From NCBI GenBank assembly GCA_018650445.1, contig JABIFX010000253.1:65136-129135 (forward strand): DNA of 64,000 nt. Direction: 5' to 3'. Below are positions 45,462-53,774 of the stretch, one piece after another. The translations under genes were made by a program, and so were the position numbers. The notes under the pieces were generated by a model. That model was not told the DNA's origin and made no database searches. It was given only the letters and a program-made list of their open reading frames with translations. This DNA comes from Fidelibacterota bacterium. Lineage in GTDB: Bacteria > Fidelibacterota > UBA8477 > JABMPR01. Position 1 is the first letter of the stretch. The number at the start of each line of letters is the position of its first letter.

Positions 45462-46181
45462 TCAATCATCCAGGATATTCTCGAAGTCATCTATATCATA
45501 TCCATTGTCTTCCAGAAGCTCTTCCATCACTTCTTCCAGAATCATATAAATTCCCTCATCAATCCCTTCGATGAGCTCCAGGTTACCGGTCAATTTCCAG
45601 ATCATATAAAGTTCGAGTCTGGTTTTTTCAGAAACATCCCAGGCCAGTTCAGTGGTATGCAGCGTCTCCGGGGGAATGGCTCTACGCCAGACATCCAGAT
45701 TTTCAGCAACTGCTTTTACATCATTACCCCAGTCTGGGAAAAAGTCGGGTTGAAGCATATCAGGGGCTACCTGAGTTCCGGTGGCCATGACTTTGTAGAT
45801 AATGCGACTGTAAGCTTGTAAAGCATCTTTAGCAGATTGCAAACCGCGGCGGACAGCTGCATCGCGCATCATGAGAATAATTCCACCGGGATTATTCTGA
45901 CGGGGGCAACGGGTACACGAGTAACATTGAGAGCAATCCCAGACGCTATCATTTAACAGCTCATAGAAGGTGTCCACATCTTCACGAGCCATGGTCTGGG
46001 CAAAAACGCGGGGACTGAAATCATAAAATCTGGCGGAGGGACATGCGGCAACACAAATTCCGCATTCATAGCAACCGTACAAATTATTTCCATATCGCAT
46101 GTCAGCCTTGACTTCATTGAAGAGTTCTAATTTCTCTTCATAGGGGACATCCATATATTTTGCATCTTTATAAATCGACAT
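45462..46181 (-). CDS. hdrC: HdrC-like 2x[4Fe-4S] ferredoxin subunit (sHdrC1-type)
   Basis: 239 aa with 'CYECGICVAACP' and 'CSQCYSCTRCP'. Confidence 0.8.
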   Translation of the reverse strand: MSIYKDAKYMDVPYEEKLELFNEVKADMRYGNNLYGCYECGICVAACPSARFYDFSPRVFAQTMAREDVDTFYELLNDSVWDCSQCYSCTRCPRQNNPGGIILMMRDAAVRRGLQSAKDALQAYSRIIYKVMATGTQVAPDMLQPDFFPDWGNDVKAVAENLDVWRRAIPPETLHTTELAWDVSEKTRLELYMIWKLTGNLELIEGIDEGIYMILEEVMEELLEDNGYDIDDFENILDD

Positions 46182-46189
46182 ATATAGTC

Positions 46190-46465
46190 CTACTTATTTA
46201 GTGCTTTCAATTCTTCGTAAACTTCCTGCAGGAATTCCGCTTTCGGTAAACCAACAATTCTTTTTTGTTCTACATCATCACGGTAAAAAATCAAACTTGG
46301 GATTGTTTTAATTCCAACCTTTTGAGCATGAGCCAATCCTGCCTTATTTTCCAACTTCACTGTCTCCAGTAATAGGTCATCCACCGACTCAGACAGTTTC
46401 CAGCCTAATTCAACAGCTGGGCCACATCCAGAACAGGCGGGATGAGTGAATATGCGCAGGGTCAT
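46190..46465 (-). CDS. small thioredoxin/glutaredoxin-fold protein with CxxC
   Basis: Only the last 91 codons of track ORF 46190..46750 are taken, because the 5' part overlaps lbpA2 in another frame. The sequence 'MTLRIFTHPACSGCGPAVE...GIKTIPSLIF' has the CxxC plus cis-Pro pattern of the Trx fold. Confidence 0.6.
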   Translation of the reverse strand: MTLRIFTHPACSGCGPAVELGWKLSESVDDLLLETVKLENKAGLAHAQKVGIKTIPSLIFYRDDVEQKRIVGLPKAEFLQEVYEELKALNK

Positions 46466-46493
46466 TTTTTCCAAAACTCCAGAGTGCTCTTTT

Positions 46494-46955
46494 TTAGCCT
46501 TCAAAGCCTTCGCAATGAATGCACTCGCCCATATCCTTTTCAGCCATATAAGCATCAAATCCAACAATGGCATCTGCTCCGTTGACCAAGGCACTTGCCT
46601 CTTCATCGAAATTGCTGGGGTTGATTTTGACAATCCAGCCAGCTTTATAAGGACTCTTATTAAGGAGTGTACCATCACCTGCAACAGCTTCATTGGCCTC
46701 CATAATCTCACCGGCAAAGGGAGTTTTAACGGGGCCAACCCATTTACCACTTTCTACAGTGGCTACACTTTTTCCCAGCTTGACTGAGCGACCCACTTTT
46801 TTAGGACGACAATGGATAATACTTCCAGCCATGCTTTGGGCGATATCAGTCATCCCCAAATCGACGGTTCCATCATCATTCTTGCGTACCCATACGTTAT
46901 ACTCAACGTGGTACAGAAGATCATCAGGTAACATGCAGTTTTTTAATTCAGCCAT
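46494..46955 (-). CDS. lbpA: GcvH-like lipoate-binding protein (LbpA-type), copy 2, with C-terminal CxxC extension
   Basis: 153 aa. The lipoyl-lysine context is 'VATVESGKWVGPVKTPFAGEI', followed by 'PYKAGWIVKI'. There is an extra C-terminal tail 'DMGECIHCEGFEG'. Confidence 0.8.
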   Translation of the reverse strand: MAELKNCMLPDDLLYHVEYNVWVRKNDDGTVDLGMTDIAQSMAGSIIHCRPKKVGRSVKLGKSVATVESGKWVGPVKTPFAGEIMEANEAVAGDGTLLNKSPYKAGWIVKINPSNFDEEASALVNGADAIVGFDAYMAEKDMGECIHCEGFEG

Positions 46956-46970
46956 ACTCTTCCCCTTCTA

Positions 46971-47345
46971 TTAGTACGTTAAAACCATATCACTTTCGAG
47001 GCCAACATCCGTCATATAGGCAGCTCCAACAACGCCATCACAGGCTTCAGTCAGGTCATCCTCTGTCATATCGTGTAGCTGAAGTGCGGCAGAACAGACA
47101 TACATTTCAACATCAGCATCTTTCGCATCCTGGATGAAATCGGCCACAGATTTACCACCCTCTTTTGCAAACAGCCCTTCAGAAACACCGTGTTTCAGCA
47201 ACAGAATTCCGTCAATCTGGAATATCATTTCTACCTCATTATCCATGGCAGCAGCAACACTGGCCATATAAAATGGAGTTGCACATCGCTGTGGAGTTGC
47301 CGGACCAGAGGTCACGAATATGGTTACTTTTCCTTCGTCAGACAT
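46971..47345 (-). CDS. DsrE/DsrF-family sulfur-relay protein (DsrE3-like)
   Basis: 124 aa with 'VTIFVTSGPATPQRCATPFYMASVAAAMD' and 'MYVCSAAL'. Confidence 0.7.
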   Translation of the reverse strand: MSDEGKVTIFVTSGPATPQRCATPFYMASVAAAMDNEVEMIFQIDGILLLKHGVSEGLFAKEGGKSVADFIQDAKDADVEMYVCSAALQLHDMTEDDLTEACDGVVGAAYMTDVGLESDMVLTY

Positions 47346-47407
47346 TTAGGTATTCCTTTATTTATTATTCTGATAACAAATGGACCAAGAGGTTCTCAAG
47401 GTATCAA

Positions 47408-47644
47408 TTACGTTTTCTTTATAAAAAAAACGTAATCGCCACCATCCTGAGAGTGTGATAGTAGTTCATTACCGGTACGTTTTGTCCATGAAGTCATGTC
47501 ATTAATAGATCCCGGGTCAGTGGCTATCATTTTTAAAACCTCTCCAGAACCCATTGTATCAATCTGTTTCTTGGTTTTCAGGATAGGCAAAGGACAATTC
47601 ATACCTTTGCAGTCAAGTTCTTGGTCATATGCTTGATCGTTCAT
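47408..47644 (-). CDS. tusA: TusA-family sulfur carrier
   Basis: 78 aa. 'LDCKGMNCPLPILKTKK' is the canonical CPxP active site, and '...ATDPGSINDM' follows. Confidence 0.9.
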   Translation of the reverse strand: MNDQAYDQELDCKGMNCPLPILKTKKQIDTMGSGEVLKMIATDPGSINDMTSWTKRTGNELLSHSQDGGDYVFFIKKT

Positions 47645-47668
47645 TTGATTTCCTTTTTTACAAGTGGT

Positions 47669-48184
47669 TTAAACAAACAGAGATATATCAGAGTCAGCTG
47701 CGAACTCTAGAAAAGTTGCCGCTCCACCCAGATCAACACCATCGATGAATTGATCTTTAGTAAACCCAAATACATCCATGGTCATCTGACAACCAATCAG
47801 TTTTACTCCCATTTCTACACAGATATCACGTAATTCCTCTATGCTGGCGACGCCTTTGTTTGCAAAAGTCTTCTTCATAAGCGATGTAGCCATGGTTTCA
47901 AACCCAGGTACGTTTCCAGCGATAACATTTGGAATCGGCCAACTAATATTTTGGAAGCCCTGGGGTCCAAAAGGCATTTTCATAGGCATCGCTGGATTTG
48001 TTTGCGGAGCAACCTTGGCAGAAAGATCTTTTTGAAGTAGTGTCAATCCGTAAAACGTAAAGAAGATTCCTACCTCCATATCCATTGCGGCAGCAGTGGA
48101 GGCCAGGATAAAGGGTGGATATGCCCAATCCAGGGTTCCCTGTGATGCTATAAGAGCTAATCGTTTGGGTTTGGTTTCACTCAT
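47669..48184 (-). CDS. DsrE-related protein (DrsE_2-like, ~170 aa type)
   Basis: 171 aa with 'RLALIASQGTLDWAYPPFILASTAAAMDMEVGIFFTFYGL' and 'LIGCQMTMDVFG'. Confidence 0.65.
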   Translation of the reverse strand: MSETKPKRLALIASQGTLDWAYPPFILASTAAAMDMEVGIFFTFYGLTLLQKDLSAKVAPQTNPAMPMKMPFGPQGFQNISWPIPNVIAGNVPGFETMATSLMKKTFANKGVASIEELRDICVEMGVKLIGCQMTMDVFGFTKDQFIDGVDLGGAATFLEFAADSDISLFV

Positions 48185-48533
48185 GTTTACTCCTTTTTGA
48201 CTCTGGAAATATATCTTTCATCTGCATTTCACCTGTCTCCAGGTCCAGTCTGCAGGAATTCATACATTCCAGAAGTTTGCGGATCATGTCACTGGCTAAT
48301 GAATAATATGTGCTGGTCCCCTCTTTACGTGATGCGAGAATATTGTTGTTTTGCATAAAGCGTAAATGTTGCGAGGTAACGGGCTGGGACAGACCTATTC
48401 CCTGTTGGATTCTACCAACTGTCTGCTCACCAGTCTGGAGCAGTTCAATTATTTTCAGCCGTTCTGGGTGCCCCAAAGCTTTGAGAACTTTTGAGGCCGC
48501 CTCGAAAAACACTATGTTATTTACAGCATTCAT
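48177..48533 (-). CDS. ArsR/SmtB-family transcriptional regulator (sHdrR/SoxR-like position)
   Basis: 118 aa. The winged helix reads 'HPERLKIIELLQTGEQTVGRIQQGIGLSQPVTSQHLRFMQNNNILASRKEGTSTYYSL', and Cys residues occur in 'LLECMNSC'. It is the first gene of the minus-strand cluster. Confidence 0.8.
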   Translation of the reverse strand: MNAVNNIVFFEAASKVLKALGHPERLKIIELLQTGEQTVGRIQQGIGLSQPVTSQHLRFMQNNNILASRKEGTSTYYSLASDMIRKLLECMNSCRLDLETGEMQMKDIFPESKRSKHE

Positions 48534-48553
48534 GATAAAAATTTGGTAACGCT

Positions 48554-48577
48554 TTGGTGATAATATTGGTCACCAAT
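48554..48577. promoter_or_regulatory. candidate operator: nested inverted repeats TTGGTGA-N9-TCACCAA and ATTGGT-C-ACCAAT
   Basis: The site lies 21-44 nt upstream of the ArsR-type gene start, in the 228-nt divergent region shared with acnA. 'ttggt' occurs three times within 48542..48570. Confidence 0.4.
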
Positions 48578-48761
48578 ATAGCAATTCTCATATATATGTC
48601 AAGTTGAATATTTGCACTTGTAAATCATTTTGATTGACACATGGTATGGCGATTGATTTTGGCAGGCAAAAGCTTAGTTTGTAAGGTGTTTCGCTTGATA
48701 GAATATACCAACCTCCTACCTAACATATCTTTGAACAACCCTATAAATTTCAGGAGTTCCC

Positions 48762-51440
48762 ATGGCCAATAAAACCAAATCTCTGAATAGTTTTCAGACC
48801 CGGTCAAATCTCAACCTTAATGGCAAAAACCACGAATACTTTGCCCTCACAAAACTGAACGCCGATAAAAAACTTAAGCAATTACCCATCGCTCATAAAG
48901 TCCTCTTGGAAAACATGCTGCGCTTTGAGGATGATGTCACAGTTAGCAAAGAAGATGTTAATGCAATTCTTAACTGGGATGCTCAAGCGAAACCAGCACA
49001 TGAAATTCAGCTCCGACCCAGTCGTGTTTTACTCCAGGATTTCACAGGTGTACCTGCAGTAGTAGATTTGGCTGTGATGCGCGATACCATGGCTGATCTG
49101 GGTGGCAACCCTGAAAAAATCAATCCCCTCCAACCAGCAGATCTGGTCATTGATCACTCGGTTCAAGTTGATAAATTCGGCTCGAATTCTGCCTTTGCCG
49201 AAAATGCTTCAATTGAAATGGAACGCAACCGCGAGCGTTATGGTTTTTTACGCTGGGGGCAGGGTGCTTTTAAGAATTTTAATGTGGTTCCACCTGATAC
49301 AGGCATCATTCATCAAATCAACCTGGAATACCTGGCACAGGTTGTCTTTAAAAATGAAACTGATGAGGGCACTCAGATTTATCCTGATTCCCTTGTGGGG
49401 ACCGACTCGCATACCACCATGATCAACGGGCTTGGTGTCATGGGCTGGGGTGTCGGTGGTATTGAAGCTGAAGCCGCCATGCTGGGACAGCCGATCTCCA
49501 TGCTGATCCCCCAGGTTGTAGGTTTTAAACTTAGTGGCAAAATGGCAGAAGGCACCACTGCCACAGATCTCGTCTTGACGGTTGTTGAAATGCTCAGAGC
49601 AGAAGGTGTGGTTGGAAAATTTGTAGAGTTCTATGGTGACGGTATTGCCCACCTCAGTCTGGAAGACCAGGCTACTATCGCCAACATGGCACCTGAATAT
49701 GGCGCAACGATGGGGTACTTCCCTGTGAACGCCGCCACACTTAAGTATCTGCGTTTTAGTGGTAGAGATGATGAACAGGTCGAGTTGGTTGAAGCTTATA
49801 CCAAAGCTCAGGGTATGTATTATGAAGCCGGAGTTGAAGATGCCGTTTATTCTGCCAATCTTGCCCTGGATATGAGCACTGTCCTGCCCTCCATCTCTGG
49901 ACCTAAACGACCCCAGGATCGCATTGAGTTACGACAATCAAAGACAATCTGGGAGCGAGATCTGGAAGTTCTTCGAGGCGAGAGCAAGGGATCTGTTGCT
50001 GTAACAGGTGAAGATTTCGCAATGAAGGACGGTGCTGTCGTGATTGCAGCCATCACTTCATGTACCAACACTTCTAACCCCAGCGTTTTGATCGGTGCGG
50101 GACTGCTTGCCAAAAAAGCCGTTGAACTTGGTCTGAATATCAAACCCTGGGTTAAACCCAGCCTGGGTCCTGGCTCCAAAGTTGTTACTGAATATCTGGA
50201 TGCTGCTGGTCTATCCCCCTATTTGGACAAACTGAAATTCAATCTGGTTGGCTATGGCTGTACTACTTGTATTGGGAATAGTGGCCCATTACCTCCAGCT
50301 ATTGCTACTGCCATCGAGGATGGAGAACTGGTAGCGACCTCTGTCCTTTCTGGTAACCGCAACTTTGAAGGACGTATCAGTCCCCACGTCAAAGCCAATT
50401 ATCTCGCATCACCCCCGCTGGTCGTAGCCTATGCTCTTGCTGGAACCATGGATTTTGACATGTATAATGATGCCCTGGGGCAGGATAAAAATGGGAATGA
50501 TGTTTTCTTGAAAGATATCTGGCCCAGTTCCCGGGAAATTGCAGATGCTGTGGCCCAGGCTGTGAAGCCTGAACAGTTCAAAGCAAAGTATGCTGATGTG
50601 TTCAGTGGCGATGCCACCTGGCAAAACCTGGATGCCCCCAAGGGTAATACTTTTGACTGGGAAGCCAATTCAACTTATATCCGTAAACCTTCATTTTTTG
50701 ATGGCATGAGCCGTGAATTCGGGGAGTTGAGTGATATCCAGGATGCCCGTGTACTGGCCCTTCTGGGTGATTCAGTCACCACGGACCATATTTCGCCAGC
50801 TGGTTCATTTACAGCAGATACTCCGGCAGGAAAATATCTGATCGACAATGGAACTGATGTGAAGGATTTCAACTCCTATGGCAGTCGCCGAGGAAATCAT
50901 GAAGTTATGATGCGCGGGACATTTGCAAATATTCGCCTTCGTAACCTTCTTGCTCCAGATACTGAAGGTGGCTTTACCAAAAAATTACCTGAAGGAAATG
51001 TGACCACGATTTTTGATGGTGCTATGGCCTACAAAGCTGAAGGCACAGCTCTAGTTGTTATTTCTGGGAAGGAATATGGAACAGGCTCCAGTCGTGACTG
51101 GGCAGCAAAGGGTACTTATCTACTGGGTGTCAAAGCCGTTATTGCTGAAAGCTTTGAACGAATTCATAGAAGTAATTTGATTGGTATGGGTGTATTACCA
51201 TTGCAGTTCAAAGATGGAGAGGGCCGGGTGAGCCTTGGATTAACAGGTGAAGAGATTTTTTCTATTGCTGGAATCTCTGAAGGTCTCAAACCAGGTAAAG
51301 AACTGGAAGTCAAGTGTACCAGAACAGATGGGAGCCATTTTTCATTTATGGCAACTACTCGGATTGACACTCCCAACGAGCTGGAATATTATCGTCATGG
51401 TGGTATCCTTCAGTATGTAATGAGGTCGCTGCTGGATTAA
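48762..51440 (+). CDS. acnA: aconitate hydratase A
   Basis: 892 aa with '[16 protein letters not shown]', '[26 protein letters not shown]', '[10 protein letters not shown]', '[12 protein letters not shown]' and '[16 protein letters not shown]'. Confidence 0.95.
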   Translation: MANKTKSLNSFQTRSNLNLNGKNHEYFALTKLNADKKLKQLPIAHKVLLENMLRFEDDVTVSKEDVNAILNWDAQAKPAHEIQLRPSRVLLQDFTGVPAVVDLAVMRDTMADLGGNPEKINPLQPADLVIDHSVQVDKFGSNSAFAENASIEMERNRERYGFLRWGQGAFKNFNVVPPDTGIIHQINLEYLAQVVFKNETDEGTQIYPDSLVGTDSHTTMINGLGVMGWGVGGIEAEAAMLGQPISMLIPQVVGFKLSGKMAEGTTATDLVLTVVEMLRAEGVVGKFVEFYGDGIAHLSLEDQATIANMAPEYGATMGYFPVNAATLKYLRFSGRDDEQVELVEAYTKAQGMYYEAGVEDAVYSANLALDMSTVLPSISGPKRPQDRIELRQSKTIWERDLEVLRGESKGSVAVTGEDFAMKDGAVVIAAITSCTNTSNPSVLIGAGLLAKKAVELGLNIKPWVKPSLGPGSKVVTEYLDAAGLSPYLDKLKFNLVGYGCTTCIGNSGPLPPAIATAIEDGELVATSVLSGNRNFEGRISPHVKANYLASPPLVVAYALAGTMDFDMYNDALGQDKNGNDVFLKDIWPSSREIADAVAQAVKPEQFKAKYADVFSGDATWQNLDAPKGNTFDWEANSTYIRKPSFFDGMSREFGELSDIQDARVLALLGDSVTTDHISPAGSFTADTPAGKYLIDNGTDVKDFNSYGSRRGNHEVMMRGTFANIRLRNLLAPDTEGGFTKKLPEGNVTTIFDGAMAYKAEGTALVVISGKEYGTGSSRDWAAKGTYLLGVKAVIAESFERIHRSNLIGMGVLPLQFKDGEGRVSLGLTGEEIFSIAGISEGLKPGKELEVKCTRTDGSHFSFMATTRIDTPNELEYYRHGGILQYVMRSLLD

Positions 51441-51515
51441 GGCACATATACTGTCAATACGTGAACATGTGCGGTTTCATGCGAAGTATGATAAACAGAT
51501 TTCTATCTTAAAACA

Positions 51516-51544
51516 AAGAAGCCACCTGGCAGAGGTGGCTTCTT
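51516..51544. terminator. bidirectional hairpin terminator
   Basis: aagaagccacct-ggcag-aggtggcttctt is a 12-bp stem between the acnA stop and the convergent hydrolase stop. Confidence 0.7.
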
Positions 51545-51578
51545 GTATTCATTCAGATTAGAATGAATCCCGAAAATT

Positions 51579-52685
51579 CTATAACTGCATCCACCTTACA
51601 GCATCGTTAAATACGTCGGCCTTGATACCATGACGTCCCTCGAACTCTGTATATGTCAGATCAAAGCCCTCTGATTCAAACATTTTCTTCAGCTCCCGCG
51701 CAGTCTCTACTTTGATAGCAGCATCATCAATTCCATGGGCAATATATAGTCGTACATCATTGCCAGCTTCAATATCCTGTTGAGTAAGAATTGACTTATC
51801 CTCCTCTGTATTCATGAGATACCCGCTGAATCCAATTACACCCTTGATCATATCTGGATTCTGAAGACCAATGGTGTAGGCATACACTGCCCCTTGTGAA
51901 AAGCCCATGAGATAAACATCAGAAATTTTATATTCTCCCGACACCTTTTTTATGGTTTTCAAAATATAGTCACTGACCATTTTATCGCTGGATTTCCAGG
52001 CCTTTTTCCCAGCTTCAGTGATAGACCAGGTTCGCCGATGCCACTGTGGACCCATATGCATGGACAGTGGATATTGTCCCTCTGGCGTCACATATATCAC
52101 CTGTGGATTTTCCAGTTTATCATATTGGCTGATGAAGCCCTCAGAATTACCTCCCATACCATGCATCCCAATTAATAAAGGGTAACTTTTGCTGGCATCA
52201 TAGTCACTGGGGAAGCGAATTCGATAAGGCTGTAGAGAAGACGCCTCTACATATTCCATGGTCCCAATAGATTTAAAACGCTCCTCTATATCCTGAACAG
52301 CTTTCTGAAATTCGGGATCCTTTCTCACGGGGTCAAAGTCTTTGTCTTTAAAAAAGAGGTCAAGTCCTCGGAACCCATTTTGGAAAGCATGTGTTACGAA
52401 TAAACTGGCTTTGCTTGCATCTCCCTGAAGGGCATAGCAACAGGCCAGGTTATAGGACACAATGGGATCGTCCTGGTTGTGAATGAGTACTTTCTTATAA
52501 TTTTTTCCGGCTTCAGTGAAATCTCCAGCGCGATAGGCTGTCGCCGCATCTGCAAGTAATTGACCGCGATTCACCTGTTTAAAAATTAGGTCCTTCCCCT
52601 GCTGAATACTATTACACCCCATGAACACAAATGCTACCAGGATAATGATAAAAAATTGAGCAAAATTTCGTTTATTTCTCTTCAT
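51579..52685 (-). CDS. lipoprotein with TPR-like N-terminal region and alpha/beta-hydrolase (carboxylesterase/phospholipase-type) domain
   Basis: 368 aa with a lipobox 'FMGCNS', a nucleophile elbow 'GFSQGA', and a C-terminal 'AHGIDD' / 'GRHG' region consistent with an Asp/His triad. Confidence 0.65.
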   Translation of the reverse strand: MKRNKRNFAQFFIIILVAFVFMGCNSIQQGKDLIFKQVNRGQLLADAATAYRAGDFTEAGKNYKKVLIHNQDDPIVSYNLACCYALQGDASKASLFVTHAFQNGFRGLDLFFKDKDFDPVRKDPEFQKAVQDIEERFKSIGTMEYVEASSLQPYRIRFPSDYDASKSYPLLIGMHGMGGNSEGFISQYDKLENPQVIYVTPEGQYPLSMHMGPQWHRRTWSITEAGKKAWKSSDKMVSDYILKTIKKVSGEYKISDVYLMGFSQGAVYAYTIGLQNPDMIKGVIGFSGYLMNTEEDKSILTQQDIEAGNDVRLYIAHGIDDAAIKVETARELKKMFESEGFDLTYTEFEGRHGIKADVFNDAVRWMQL

Positions 52686-52935
52686 GGATGCTTCCCTCCC
52701 TTGAGTATTGTGTCGCTATTTTAATTAAGGGAAAAGGATTCCATCAAATTTATCTACGGATGGCTCCCGGATTCGTTGAGCGGTCAACCATTGGCGTCGA
52801 GCAATCACTTGTTCAGCAGGTCTCCCTACCTTCTTTGATGAGACTAATAGCTACAATAAACCAGATCAATAGACCCCGGTTCAGGAATACAGTGCCCTGT
52901 TCTGAGTTTTTAATCTGGACTTGGAAAGCGGGGTT

Positions 52936-53649
52936 TTAAATAGGTAACCATCGTGAGAGAATAGCCGGTACTGCTGTTTCTACGCGCAGAATTCTCTCAC
53001 CAAAACTGAATGGAGTAAAGCCACAAGCTGCAAACTTGTCGACCTCGTAGGGGATAAAGCCTCCTTCTGGTCCAATGGCAAGGGTGGTTGGTTGGCTAGG
53101 TTCCAGTAATACGTTCTTTGCGCTAGTCGGATGGGCGACCAAAGCCTTGGTCCCCTCGCATAATTCCGGTAATTCATCCTCTACAAAGGGTTTAAAGCGC
53201 TGGCGTATATGAACTTCCGGTAGAACTGTATCTCGAGCCTGCTCCAGACCGAGCAGGAGCTGTTCATGCAGGTTATCCGGCTGCAGGAGGGGGCTGCTCC
53301 AGAAACTCTTTTCCACTCGGTAACTGTTGATCAGGTAGATCTGTTTGACACCGAGGGAGGTGACACTTTGTATCACTCGCTTTAGCATTTTAGGTCGGGG
53401 AAGAGCCAAAAGCAGGGTAACCGGGAGTTTTTCTGGTGGTGGTTGCGTTAACACAACAGTCAGTTCTATAAAATTGGGATCAATCTGCGTGATCAATCCG
53501 TGGCCTGTCTTGCCATTGAGCAACCCAACTCGTAGTTGAGTGTCAGGTTCTGCTCGATGGACCGTGTTGATGTGTTCCAGCCTGCGACCGCTCAGGCGGA
53601 CCCGGTCTTCAGCGATAAAATCATCACGATTGAGCAGGATCAGGTTCAT
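52936..53649 (-). CDS. rsmE: 16S rRNA (uracil1498-N3)-methyltransferase
   Basis: 237 aa with an N-terminal PUA-like region ('RLSGRRLEHINTVHR') and a C-terminal 'AIGPEGGF' SPOUT motif. Confidence 0.8.
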   Translation of the reverse strand: MNLILLNRDDFIAEDRVRLSGRRLEHINTVHRAEPDTQLRVGLLNGKTGHGLITQIDPNFIELTVVLTQPPPEKLPVTLLLALPRPKMLKRVIQSVTSLGVKQIYLINSYRVEKSFWSSPLLQPDNLHEQLLLGLEQARDTVLPEVHIRQRFKPFVEDELPELCEGTKALVAHPTSAKNVLLEPSQPTTLAIGPEGGFIPYEVDKFAACGFTPFSFGERILRVETAVPAILSRWLPI

Positions 53650-53774
53650 GCTAGGCAGTCTAGTCAGATTGAGTTAACAGTGGAAGCGGAAAATGACGAA
53701 CTTTGGAGGGTAATGAACCCGGATGCCATCTTGCAGTTCAAATTCAGATTACTATTTTGGGTCCGAGCCTAAGC

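Noticed and set aside
46466-46750. 5' two thirds of the 186-aa track ORF 46190..46750
   Set aside because: It overlaps the well-supported lbpA2 gene in another frame and has no recognisable motifs. Only the last 91 codons (the Trx-like protein from ATG 46465) look real.
47190-47435. Plus-strand ORF ending in 'YVFFIKKT', the same peptide as the TusA C-terminus
   Set aside because: This is a mirror effect of the 30-nt palindrome at the tusA stop. The rest of the ORF is antisense to the DsrE-like gene and has no features of its own.
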